Source: Candidatus Babelota bacterium (GTDB lineage Bacteria; Babelota; Babeliae; Babelales; Vermiphilaceae). From it: a DNA stretch of 64,000 nucleotides. Of this stretch, positions 9,647 through 19,596 are shown in pieces. The translations under genes and the position numbers were made by a program. The DNA lies in the NCBI GenBank assembly GCA_049325595.1, contig JBMOLF010000015.1, positions 32,001 through 96,000 on the forward strand, in the 5' to 3' direction. A model generated the notes under the pieces. It had not been told where the DNA came from, searched no databases, and was given only the letters and a program-made list of their open reading frames with translations. The number at the start of each line of letters is the position of its first letter. The stretch's first letter is position 1.

Positions 9647-11467
9647 TTATCGTTTAAGAATTGTTAAAAATGCTTCTTGAGGCAATTCAACGTTGCCGAC
9701 TTGTTTCATTTTCTTTTTACCTTCTTTTTGCTTTTCAAGAAGTTTTCTTTTACGAGTAATGTCACCACCATAACATTTTGCTGTTACATCTTTTCGTAAA
9801 GCCGATACAGTTTCACGTGCAATAACTTTTGCGCCGATAGCTGCTTGAATGGCGACTTCAAAGAGTTGTCGTGGGATTACTTGTCTTAATTTGCTCACTA
9901 ATTCACGACCAATGTAATAGGCCTTATCATTGTGTACAATACAAGCAAGTGCATCAACAGGTTTACTATTAAGTAAGATGTCCATTTTCACCAGATCTTC
10001 AACTTCATAACCAGCTTCTTCATAGTCAAAGCTTGCATAGCCAGAACTAAATGACTTGAGTTTGTCGTAAAAGTCTGTAGCTACTTCGGTTAATGGGAGT
10101 TTATATTTTAAAATAATGCGATCTTCATCCATGAATTTCATGTCAAGCTGAACGCCACGCTTTTCTTCACACAAAGTGATTATATTTCCTAAATATTTTT
10201 TAGGAACGATAATCGTTGCTCTAATAATTGGTTCGTAAATTTCTTCAATTTTACCCGCATCAGGAAAATCTGATGGTGTTTCTACGTCAACCACTTCGCC
10301 GGTGTGTTTAAGTTTTACTTTATACAATACACTTGGCGCGGTTGCTATCGCAGAAACATTATATTCTTGCTCAAGACGCTGTTTAAATACATCCATATGC
10401 AATAAGCCCAAAAAGCCGCAACGGAATCCTAAGCCAAGAGCAGGAGAACTTGTTTTTTCAATAGTAACACTTGCGTCATTCAACGTGAGTTTATCTATGG
10501 CATCTCGGAGCATTTCAAATTCTGAAGCATCAATAGGATAAATGCCGGCAAAAACAACTGGTTTTGCCGGTTTAAATCCTGGCAAGGGAGTAACTGGTTG
10601 GCGGGTATGATAAATAGTATCACCCACGCGTGCTTCTTTTACCGTTTTCATACCAGTAATTAAATAACCTACTTGCCCTGCATATAAAGCATCCATAGGT
10701 GTTTCTTCAGGATACATTAATCCTACTTCTAAAACTTCATACTCATTTTCCATTTGTGCAAGAGTGATTTTATCACCTTTTTTAATACTGCCATCTTTTA
10801 CGGCAATTAAACACATCACTCCTCGGTAATCATCAAACCATGAATCAAATAAAAGAGCTTTTAATGGAGCATCGTTATTGCTTTTAGGACTTGGAATGCG
10901 TTCGATAACTGCTTGTAACACATCTTTAATGCCAATACCCGTTTTGCCCGAAGCATGGATAATTTCTTGTGCAGGGAAATCAAATAAGCTTTCCATTTGT
11001 TTAGACACACGCTCAACTTGTGCGTTCATCATATCTACTTTATTAAGAACCGGCACAATAGTTAATTCTTGTTCAAATGCTAAGTAAAAATTTGCCATGG
11101 TTTGCGCTTCAACACCTTGTGTACAATCTACGAGCAATAAAGCACCTTGGCAGGCATAGAGTGATCGCGAAACTTCGTAAGAAAAATCCACGTGCCCTGG
11201 TGTATCAATAAGATTAAGCAAATAGGTAGCCCCATTGTATTCGTAAAACATAGAAGCAGTTTGCGCTTTTACCGTAATACCTCGCTCTTTTTCAACTTGT
11301 AGCTTATCCAAAAATTGTTCGTGGCGAACACGCTGTGATAAGGTACCTGTAAATTCAAGCAAGCGATCGGAGAGAGTTGATTTGCCATGGTCAATATGGG
11401 CAATAATTGAAAAATTACGAACACGGTCAGGTGTAAAATTTTTAAGATTGACTGTTTTTATATCCAT
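9647..11467 (-). CDS. lepA: Elongation factor 4 (LepA/GUF1)
   Basis: AHIDHGKST, DTPGHVDF and KCYGGDITRKRKLLEKQKEGKK motifs. Confidence 0.98.
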   Translation of the reverse strand: MDIKTVNLKNFTPDRVRNFSIIAHIDHGKSTLSDRLLEFTGTLSQRVRHEQFLDKLQVEKERGITVKAQTASMFYEYNGATYLLNLIDTPGHVDFSYEVSRSLYACQGALLLVDCTQGVEAQTMANFYLAFEQELTIVPVLNKVDMMNAQVERVSKQMESLFDFPAQEIIHASGKTGIGIKDVLQAVIERIPSPKSNNDAPLKALLFDSWFDDYRGVMCLIAVKDGSIKKGDKITLAQMENEYEVLEVGLMYPEETPMDALYAGQVGYLITGMKTVKEARVGDTIYHTRQPVTPLPGFKPAKPVVFAGIYPIDASEFEMLRDAIDKLTLNDASVTIEKTSSPALGLGFRCGFLGLLHMDVFKQRLEQEYNVSAIATAPSVLYKVKLKHTGEVVDVETPSDFPDAGKIEEIYEPIIRATIIVPKKYLGNIITLCEEKRGVQLDMKFMDEDRIILKYKLPLTEVATDFYDKLKSFSSGYASFDYEEAGYEVEDLVKMDILLNSKPVDALACIVHNDKAYYIGRELVSKLRQVIPRQLFEVAIQAAIGAKVIARETVSALRKDVTAKCYGGDITRKRKLLEKQKEGKKKMKQVGNVELPQEAFLTILKR

Positions 11468-11815
11468 ATGGAAAAATTACCTACTAAAAATAATGATTTT
11501 TTCTTAAGTGTATTGTAAAAGCCCATAACAGGCAATGAACGAGATGTTTTTTAGCGGGTAGCGTTAATTTTGTATTTCAAAATATTAACTGAGCTTTTAA
11601 GGCAGATGGGTAACAAAATGAGCAAAGATTTTTTTTATAAGGCAAGCCTTTCAGTAAAGTTATAAATGACTCGATTTTAGCAATAAACAGATATTTTACA
11701 ATAAAACATTAAACCTAAAATTCTTGTCATATCTTGAGTCTAGGTGTATCATAAATACATGCTTTCTTTTGAATAAAAAAATGAAAAATAACCCGTCTGT
11801 GAAGGGCTCGTAACT

Positions 11816-14497
11816 ATGGCAACGCAAACGCCTCATGATAAGGCTGAAAATAAAGTTAAGCCGGTCTTGATTGAACAAGAATTAAAAACTTCATTTCTTG
11901 ATTATGCAATGTCGGTGGTAGTAAGTCGTGCTATACCTGATATTCGTGACGGGCTTAAGCCAGTTCATCGTCGCGTTTTGTATGCTATGTATCAGCAAGG
12001 ATTTCATCACAACAAGCCGTATCATAAGTCTGTTCGTGTGGTGGGTGACGTGCTTGGAAAATATCACCCACATGGTGACCAAGCGGTATACAATACCATG
12101 GTTGGCATGGTACAAGATTTCTCTAAACGTTATCCCTTATTAGATGGTCAAGGTAACTGGGGATCTGTTGATGGAGATAATGCAGCAGCAATGCGTTATA
12201 CCGAAGTTCGTATGGAAAAAATTGCCCAAGAACTTCTTGCAGATCTTGATAAAGAAACGGTTCGTTTTGTACCAAACTTTGACGAATCAACGGTAGAGCC
12301 AGTAATTTTACCAAGTAAATTACCACATTTGTTAATAAATGGTACCACAGGTATTGCCGTAGGTATGGCAACATCGATACCACCTCACAATTTAGGTGAA
12401 GTAATTGATGCATGTTTGTTGCTGCTTGAAAATCCACATGCTTCTGACGAAGAAATTTTTCAAAAAGTTCCGGCACCCGATTTTCCAACCGGTGGTATTA
12501 TTTGTGGAAGAGGCGGCGTTATAAAAGCTTATAAAACCGGACGTGGCAATTTAATTTTGCGTGGTGTTGTTGAAGTAGAAGAAACAAAAAAAGGCACTAG
12601 TTTGGTGGTCACTGAGTTACCATACATGGTTAATAAAGCAGCGCTTGCCGTGCAAATTGCTGATTTGTTGCGTGATAAAGTAATTGAAGGTATTACCAAT
12701 ATTAAAGATGAAACTGATAAAAAAGGTATGCGCTTAGTGCTAGAAATTAAGCGTGGTGAATCTCCTCAAGTGATTCTTAATCAGTTATATAAACATACTC
12801 CATTGCAAACATCAGTTAATATGTTAATGCTGGGGTTGCTGGATAATCGCCCATTAATTTTCTCTTTGCGCCAATTGCTTGAACAATTCTTGTATCATCG
12901 TCGCGAAATAATTTATAAACGTACGGTTTATGATCTTAAAAAAGCGCAAGATCGTGAGCATATTTTAACTGGTTTTATTATTGCGCTTAAAAATATCGAT
13001 GAAGTTGTTGCTCTTATTAAAAATTCAACTTCAGCCGAAGAAGCAATAACTAAGCTTAACAAACGGTTCTTGTTAACTGCTGAACAAAGCAAAGCTATTT
13101 TAGAAATGCGCTTGCAACGCTTAACGGGTCTTGAGCAAGATAAAATTTATCAAGAAATGGAAGAGCTCAAAAAAACAATTGCATATCTAAAATCTATCAT
13201 TGAAAATGAAGAAATTCTTAAAAAAGAAATTGTTAATGAGTTAGTTGAAATCAAAAAAGAATATGCTGATCCTCGCCGTACTAAGATAGAAGGTGCTATT
13301 GATATTCTTACTGAGGCAGATTTAATTCCCGACGAAGAAGTAGTCGTAACACTTACGCATAAAGGTTATATTAAACGGGTACCATTAAGCACCTATGGCT
13401 TGCAGCATCGTGGCGGTAAAGGCAAGATGGGCATGGCAACGCTTGAAGGGTCTGAAGATGTAATTCAAGATCTGTTTGTGGCTAAAAACCATGATGAGCT
13501 TTTATTCTTTACCAATCTTGGTCGTGTTTACAGTATGCGTGTATTTGAAGTTCCTGAGGCATCTCGTATTGCAAAAGGTCGTGCGGTTATTAACTTGCTG
13601 CCATTAACTCCTGAAGAAAAAGTAGTTAAATTATTGTGCACTAGAGATTTAGCAGGCAAAAACTTAGTTATGCTTACTAAACATGGCATTATTAAGCGTA
13701 CTGATGCGACAGAATTTGAAAAAATTCGCTCAACTGGTATTCGTGCAGCCACTCTTAAAGAAGGTGATGAATTAGTGTTCTGTGCATTAAGTTCAGGAAC
13801 TGATTCTATTATCATTGCAACTGCACATGGTCAAGGTATTCGCTTCAAAGAAGATGAAGTGCGTGTAATGGGCCGTCAAGCTGCGGGTGTAATTGGTATC
13901 CGTATGAAGGAAGATGATTACGTTGTTGGTATGGAAGTTATTTCTGATGGTGGCGACATTCTCTTTGCAACAGAAAATGGCTACGGAAAACGAGTAAGTA
14001 TTGCTGATTTCCGTTTAGCGCATCGAGGTGGTTTAGGTGTTAGAACAATTCCAACAACAGCTCGTAACGGTAAGGTAATAGGTCTTGTTTTTGTAACTGA
14101 TCGTTCTAATATTCTTCTTATTGATAAAGCTGGTAAGATTATTCGACTTTCATCTGCTGAAGTTCGCACTATGGGTCGACAAGCCCAAGGGGTACGCTTA
14201 ATTAAACTTGATGAAGGTCAAAAACTTTCTACCATAGTTGCATTTGAAGAAGAAGATAATGATCCAACCAATTCTTCATCTCATCAAGAATCACAAACAA
14301 GTGGCAGCAGTTCTGGGGCAGTAAAGAAAGATCTTTATGTCCAAAGCAGCCAATTGCCCGCTGAAGATTCCATTGATTCTCAAGAAGAATATGAGGGGGG
14401 CATGCAAGACGATAACGTTTTTGATATTGATAATGCAGTTCCCGTATTTAGTGCAGATGATTCTGAAACTGAAAATGATCCATTTGCTCAATTTTAG
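11816..14497 (+). CDS. gyrA: DNA gyrase subunit A
   Basis: DGLKPVHRR, YHPHGD, AAMRYTE, GyrA-box QHRGGKG, acidic C-terminal tail. Confidence 0.98.
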   Translation: MATQTPHDKAENKVKPVLIEQELKTSFLDYAMSVVVSRAIPDIRDGLKPVHRRVLYAMYQQGFHHNKPYHKSVRVVGDVLGKYHPHGDQAVYNTMVGMVQDFSKRYPLLDGQGNWGSVDGDNAAAMRYTEVRMEKIAQELLADLDKETVRFVPNFDESTVEPVILPSKLPHLLINGTTGIAVGMATSIPPHNLGEVIDACLLLLENPHASDEEIFQKVPAPDFPTGGIICGRGGVIKAYKTGRGNLILRGVVEVEETKKGTSLVVTELPYMVNKAALAVQIADLLRDKVIEGITNIKDETDKKGMRLVLEIKRGESPQVILNQLYKHTPLQTSVNMLMLGLLDNRPLIFSLRQLLEQFLYHRREIIYKRTVYDLKKAQDREHILTGFIIALKNIDEVVALIKNSTSAEEAITKLNKRFLLTAEQSKAILEMRLQRLTGLEQDKIYQEMEELKKTIAYLKSIIENEEILKKEIVNELVEIKKEYADPRRTKIEGAIDILTEADLIPDEEVVVTLTHKGYIKRVPLSTYGLQHRGGKGKMGMATLEGSEDVIQDLFVAKNHDELLFFTNLGRVYSMRVFEVPEASRIAKGRAVINLLPLTPEEKVVKLLCTRDLAGKNLVMLTKHGIIKRTDATEFEKIRSTGIRAATLKEGDELVFCALSSGTDSIIIATAHGQGIRFKEDEVRVMGRQAAGVIGIRMKEDDYVVGMEVISDGGDILFATENGYGKRVSIADFRLAHRGGLGVRTIPTTARNGKVIGLVFVTDRSNILLIDKAGKIIRLSSAEVRTMGRQAQGVRLIKLDEGQKLSTIVAFEEEDNDPTNSSSHQESQTSGSSSGAVKKDLYVQSSQLPAEDSIDSQEEYEGGMQDDNVFDIDNAVPVFSADDSETENDPFAQF

Positions 14498-14511
14498 TTA
14501 GATAAAAAACT

Positions 14512-14552
14512 AAAAAGGTGGGCTTTGTGAATTAAGCAAAGTCCACCTTTTT
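14512..14552. terminator. Bidirectional intrinsic terminator
   Basis: AAAAAGGTGGGCTTTG-loop-CAAAGTCCACCTTTTT between convergent genes. Confidence 0.85.
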
Positions 14553-15011
14553 TCATTGATTGTGATTTTGGCATTTTTGGTTTTGTAATGAACAAGATAA
14601 TAGTTGGTGAGCAGCCTTTGCTAATTTATTAATGTTAAACGGAGCAAGAGTGGTATTGGTGACATGCTTATAGTCAATATACTCAGTCAAATCAGTTAAA
14701 AAATGCATTTCTTGGTTGCTTATTATTGCCTCACTACAATAATATTTTTTTGAATAAAGGGCATATATGTACAACCTGATTAGTTTACCTATTAAACAAT
14801 CAATATTATTTTGTATATTGTGCTTGGATTCTGATGTATATTCATCAATAAATAGTAAATCTTGGTAAATGCTCAGGCAGGTTTGCATTATATCGCGCAC
14901 GGAAGGTTCGTGCTCGGTAAGTTCAAATGGCACTAAAACCTCTTTTTCATTGCTAATTGCGCAAAAAGAGTAACAAGCTAACACTATGCATAATGAGAAT
15001 TTATTTTTCAT
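14553..15011 (-). CDS. Hypothetical secreted protein
   Basis: 152 aa ORF; signal peptide; AAGG SD. Confidence 0.55.
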   Translation of the reverse strand: MKNKFSLCIVLACYSFCAISNEKEVLVPFELTEHEPSVRDIMQTCLSIYQDLLFIDEYTSESKHNIQNNIDCLIGKLIRLYIYALYSKKYYCSEAIISNQEMHFLTDLTEYIDYKHVTNTTLAPFNINKLAKAAHQLLSCSLQNQKCQNHNQ

Positions 15012-15261
15012 AATATACCTTATGTTATTTCACTCTTATAGTTTGCCATAATATATATTCAATTAGTCAATAATATTTCAAAGGTGCATTGGAGATTTGG
15101 CTTTCGATTGCAGCTGTATTTTTATTGATAAATTCAAGTTAATTAACCCAAAAAATAATTTTTTTAAATGTAATTATTCATATATCAATTAACTTTTATT
15201 CTCTTTTAAAATTGACAATCTGAATATAATTGCTATGCTGGAAAAAGATGGAGGTTTATTT

Positions 15262-16794
15262 ATGAAACTTTTTAAATTTATTTTTAATGCACTATTTTTT
15301 TGTTCTCAAATTGCTTTGGCTGGTGAAATTCCCGCATTAAAGCAATTAGCAGCGCAACAACTTGCGTACAAATATCAAAATTCAATCTTTACCAATTCAC
15401 TGGTCGCTGAATATAATAAAAAGCTTCCTGAGGCATGTATTAATCTAATAAATAAAGAACTACAAAGCGTAAATAAATTTTCTACCCTAACTTTAAAAGA
15501 AATTGCTCAGCAGATTTCTTATTTTGGGGTGTCATATTCACCAGATGGAAAAATTATAGCTACCATACACGATAAAACTATTAACTTATTCTCAACAGAA
15601 AATGGTAAACATATAGGTGCTTTGCAGGAGCATGAGCAGACGATTACTGATACTATTTTTATGGATGATTATACCCTCATTTCAGCTTCAATAGATAAAA
15701 CTCTAAAGATGTGGGATTTAAAAAAACATATATTAATAACCTCTTTTCAAACACAAGCCGAAGTGAAATCTATAAAACTATCTGGTGATAAGCATTATTT
15801 ATATGCTTTTTTGGAGAATGGTGTAATTGAAGTATGGAGCTTAAAATCGCATGAGTTATATCACACGATTAATGCGCAGTTTGATGGAAGTGATTTATTT
15901 TACTCAAAGCGTTTTAACAAAGCTAAAACGAAAGTGGTATTTATTCAGCCAGATAATAGCTTAATTATTGTTGATTTATTACAAGCAACTATAACTAAAA
16001 CAACTCAAATACATGAATTAAATATTCTTGATATTGCAATAACTGAAAATACTCCAATTGAATATATTATTACCGCATCTTCAGATCATAGGATAAAAAT
16101 CTGTGACATGCATACTGCGAAAGTAATTAGAACCTTGGAAGATAACAATATAACAAACGATAACGGAGAGATTCTGGGTGAAAGCCATGCAGGAGCAGTA
16201 TATGCTGTTATAGTTAATAAAAATGAAATTATTTCAGCTTCGCAAGATGGTACCATAAAAAGTTGGGATATTTTTACGGGAGAATGCCTGAAAGCATGGC
16301 ATGCACATGCTCAACCGATATTTAATCTTTATCTTTTTAACAACGGCAAAAATTTAATTTCTTGCTCACAATCAGGTGAAATTAAAATGTGGGATGTTTT
16401 GAATAGCAAATGCCAAAGAACTATACAAGCCCATGCAAGTTCAATACATTATCTTAAATTTTTAGACAAAAATAGTATAGCAACCGCATCGTTAACAGAT
16501 GGCACTCTTAAAGTATGGGATCTTTTTCATGGAAGTTGTCTTTTCTGTAAATTTATTACCAATAAAAAGCATGCTATTACTGATGTTTACCAAACTAAAT
16601 TAAAGCTTTCACCCAATAAGGGGGGATTGCTCGTTATAGATAATGGCATAATGCAGATCATGCAGTCGGAAAAAGTTACCATAACATCAAATAAAAAATC
16701 ATTATTAAATATGCTAGCTCTTTTAATTCCGAGCGGCATGATTTTCGCTGGTGCAGTGGGAGCAATGTCTATAGCCTTGTCCCATTATCGGTGA
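15262..16794 (+). CDS. Secreted WD40-repeat protein with N-terminal BC-box/SOCS-box-like motif
   Basis: Start MKLFK follows GGAGG; repeats LISASIDKTLKMWD, ISASQDGTIKSWD, ISCSQSGEIKMWD; PALKQLAAQQL..LPEACI just after the signal peptide. Confidence 0.88.
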   Translation: MKLFKFIFNALFFCSQIALAGEIPALKQLAAQQLAYKYQNSIFTNSLVAEYNKKLPEACINLINKELQSVNKFSTLTLKEIAQQISYFGVSYSPDGKIIATIHDKTINLFSTENGKHIGALQEHEQTITDTIFMDDYTLISASIDKTLKMWDLKKHILITSFQTQAEVKSIKLSGDKHYLYAFLENGVIEVWSLKSHELYHTINAQFDGSDLFYSKRFNKAKTKVVFIQPDNSLIIVDLLQATITKTTQIHELNILDIAITENTPIEYIITASSDHRIKICDMHTAKVIRTLEDNNITNDNGEILGESHAGAVYAVIVNKNEIISASQDGTIKSWDIFTGECLKAWHAHAQPIFNLYLFNNGKNLISCSQSGEIKMWDVLNSKCQRTIQAHASSIHYLKFLDKNSIATASLTDGTLKVWDLFHGSCLFCKFITNKKHAITDVYQTKLKLSPNKGGLLVIDNGIMQIMQSEKVTITSNKKSLLNMLALLIPSGMIFAGAVGAMSIALSHYR

Positions 16795-17653
16795 TAGATA
16801 AATTTCGATTAGGTAGGAGGAGCTCTACCAGCGCAGAATATCCATGAGATAATGCGTATTCTTCAAGTCCTTGGCTATTTGCACCTGCATCTAATAGTAA
16901 TTTTGTTAATTCAAAATTATTATTGCGAATAGTTTTAATAAGCAAGGCAGGGCCTTTTAAACCATCAACTTCTATAAGTGCACCATGCGCGACCAGAATT
17001 CTGTAAAGATCGGTATTATTTGTCTCAATACAAGCTTCTAAAGGGCTTAAATTAAAAAATACCCCATTTAAATTAATATTTTTGTTAAGCAATTCTGCGA
17101 TTATTTCGCTATTGTTATGTTTTATAGCAATAATTATAAGAGGCGATAACTGGTGCCAATTTCCTTGGTAAGCAGTAAGCAATCTTTTAGTGAATGCATT
17201 ATTTTTAACTTCCAGTGAAGCATTAAACAGTTGAATACCCTGAGAAGTTTCAAAATTTATTAACGTATGAGGTAAAAGTAGTTCTGCTAAGTTTAATTTT
17301 TTTTGATTGAGTGCCATTTCCAATGGATGATTGCCGGATAAATCGGAAGTGGTCGGGCTGCTTTTTGCCAGCAATTCTGCTGCTACTGAAATCATGGATA
17401 TTTCATTATTTTCTTTAGCCGCAAGTAGATAGGTCAATGGCGTATAAGTTTTTTTAAATAGAGTTTTTGTGGCAGGTACATAACGATGGGTATAAATATA
17501 TTGATTTACTGGAAATCCATTATCTAATGCATAAGCAACTTGCTTGGCATACGCATTTTCTAGGCCTTGAATAAATGATTGTTCAAGGTGTACTAATTCT
17601 GATGCATGCGTGTAAAAACTGATTAAAATGAGAAATAAATAGGTGTTTTTCAT
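16769..17653 (-). CDS. Secreted ankyrin-repeat protein
   Basis: TPLTYL, GNHPLEMA, SPLEAC and LLLDAGAN motifs; signal peptide. Confidence 0.85.
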   Translation of the reverse strand: MKNTYLFLILISFYTHASELVHLEQSFIQGLENAYAKQVAYALDNGFPVNQYIYTHRYVPATKTLFKKTYTPLTYLLAAKENNEISMISVAAELLAKSSPTTSDLSGNHPLEMALNQKKLNLAELLLPHTLINFETSQGIQLFNASLEVKNNAFTKRLLTAYQGNWHQLSPLIIIAIKHNNSEIIAELLNKNINLNGVFFNLSPLEACIETNNTDLYRILVAHGALIEVDGLKGPALLIKTIRNNNFELTKLLLDAGANSQGLEEYALSHGYSALVELLLPNRNLSITDNGTRL

Positions 17654-17697
17654 GGGAGGTTGTTTTGATTATTCGAGTTCTAGTAATTCAATAATTT

Positions 17698-18411
17698 TTA
17701 GAAGTTATGATCCATTCGATCGTTAGAAAAATCAGACGCTTTTTTAATATCCAAATTAGTTATTACATTACACAGATAGTTAAGATTAGCTGGAGCATGT
17801 CTTTCTTTTAATAGATTGATAACGGTATTAAAACGGCCATTTTTATTATTTTTACTTGCCATATCTAAGTAGTTATAAGTGAGTTTATCATTGTCAGAAA
17901 GATCAGGACTTTTTTCTATGATCTTTTGTGCCAATGAAGCATTCTCATTTTCTATTGCCCAGGCTAATGGTGAACCAAGCCGGCTAGGTTGATCGATAAT
18001 AGCACCTTTATCAATAAGATAATGAGCAACTTCACTCTTATCACCCATGGCAGCACTTAATAACGGGTAATACCCATCTATAGATAGATTGATATCTGCG
18101 CCATGAGAAGCTAAAATCTTCACAGCTTCTAAATTTCCTTTTTCTGCAGCGTAGATTAACGGAGTTGCATTAAAATCAATTTCTTGATTTAAGAAGTTAC
18201 TGTTTGTTTGTATAGTTTCTGATAGTTGGTGCAGGTTATTATTTTTTAAACTTACTAATAAAAGATTATTAATTGTTTTTGGTTTTTTATTTGCTACGAA
18301 AGATTCTTCAGCTGATTCAGCTTTACGTTTTTTAGTTATTGTTGTCTCTGCTGAAAATAGTGATTGAGTACAAAGTAATGCTAAAGCTGTTAAGAAAGTT
18401 GGTTTATTCAT
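17698..18411 (-). CDS. Secreted ankyrin-repeat protein with bipartite NLS-like motif
   Basis: TPLIYAAEKGNLEAVKILASHGADIN; KKRK-x11-KKPK after the signal peptide. Confidence 0.88.
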   Translation of the reverse strand: MNKPTFLTALALLCTQSLFSAETTITKKRKAESAEESFVANKKPKTINNLLLVSLKNNNLHQLSETIQTNSNFLNQEIDFNATPLIYAAEKGNLEAVKILASHGADINLSIDGYYPLLSAAMGDKSEVAHYLIDKGAIIDQPSRLGSPLAWAIENENASLAQKIIEKSPDLSDNDKLTYNYLDMASKNNKNGRFNTVINLLKERHAPANLNYLCNVITNLDIKKASDFSNDRMDHNF

Positions 18412-18582
18412 TATTTTACCATAAATATTAAAAGAATTAATGCACTTTTCTATTTTTTTGAAAAGTAAGACGTCGAGTGGTTAATGTATTAATTGTAGTA
18501 ATTTGCCAATATTAATCAAACAATAATTCTATTTACATTATTCAATCCAGAGACAACAATAATAAAATGATTTTTTTTCTAA

Positions 18583-19578
18583 TTATTCGAGCTCTAAAAG
18601 TTCAACTTGTTTAGCGCGCATTATCTGCTTTACTTTGTATTTTTTATGAATGATTTGTTCGACTTGATCGGGGTTAAATCGACCCCACAATAGGAAATTT
18701 CTTATTTCCTGAGGGTTAAAAGTTGTATCTATGGTTTCTTCTTTTAAGTTGGCTATTTCATTTAATAAAATATAAGCCATTTCATCATTACCATTACCTT
18801 CTGTGTCAGCTAAAAAATTTTCAGACAAGGTAACTTGCTTTTTTGTTATAAACTGCTTTGCTAAATGGTTGTTGCAATGTCTTAATGCGGCTGAAAATGG
18901 TGTGATAGTTCCTTTTTGTTTGGGCTTAAAATCTATTATTGCCCCTTTTTTGATTAACACCTGTATGATGTCGTCATGCGAATGATTTTTATTAGCGCAA
19001 ATAGCTTGTGTAAGTAATGATGATTCGTATACCGGATGATCAATATTTACTTCTGCTCCAAGTTCTAGAAGTTTTTGGGCAAGTGCAATTTGTTTGTTAC
19101 TTATTGCAAAAAGCAATGGTGTACCAAATCTATCGGCTAAATTTACGTCAGCTCCATTTTCAAGCAAGAATAATGCCACGGGCTCACTATTAATGTGTTT
19201 TTTTATACTTTGAATTAATGGTGTTTGGCTCCATCCATTTTTCTCATTTACGCTAGCGCCCTTGTCTATTAATTCTTTAACGATATCAAGACGAAGCTTA
19301 TGGGCAGCAATGGTTAAGGGCGTGGTCTTATTCTCAAGTGCTAGATTAGGGTTAGCACCCAGCTCCAAAGCCTTTTTTATGAGGTTAAAGCCATCGTCTT
19401 GGCTTAACCCTTCACATAGCATCTTTTGTGCATCATCTAAGGGGGTCATTATTTTTTGTTTTTTAGTTTGAGGCGCTTCATCACTTTGTTCTGCAAGTCT
19501 TTTGTAGGGTGGCAAAGAGGCAAAAGAATTTTGATAAAAACAGAGTGCCAATAAAATAAGAACATGATGGGAAATCAC
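18583..19578 (-). CDS. Secreted ankyrin-repeat protein with bipartite NLS-like motif
   Basis: TPLTIAA, TPLIQS, TPLLFA, LLENGADVN; KR-x11-KKQK; GTG start with GGAG SD. Confidence 0.88.
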   Translation of the reverse strand: MISHHVLILLALCFYQNSFASLPPYKRLAEQSDEAPQTKKQKIMTPLDDAQKMLCEGLSQDDGFNLIKKALELGANPNLALENKTTPLTIAAHKLRLDIVKELIDKGASVNEKNGWSQTPLIQSIKKHINSEPVALFLLENGADVNLADRFGTPLLFAISNKQIALAQKLLELGAEVNIDHPVYESSLLTQAICANKNHSHDDIIQVLIKKGAIIDFKPKQKGTITPFSAALRHCNNHLAKQFITKKQVTLSENFLADTEGNGNDEMAYILLNEIANLKEETIDTTFNPQEIRNFLLWGRFNPDQVEQIIHKKYKVKQIMRAKQVELLELE

Positions 19579-19596
19579 TTGATTTACTCCTGCACT

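Noticed and set aside
11468..11815. Replication origin upstream of gyrA
   Set aside because: No TTATCCACA-type DnaA boxes seen; consistent with divergent promoters only.
14240..14497. Acidic low-complexity tail of GyrA as a novel domain
   Set aside because: Acidic C-terminal tails are a known feature of GyrA.
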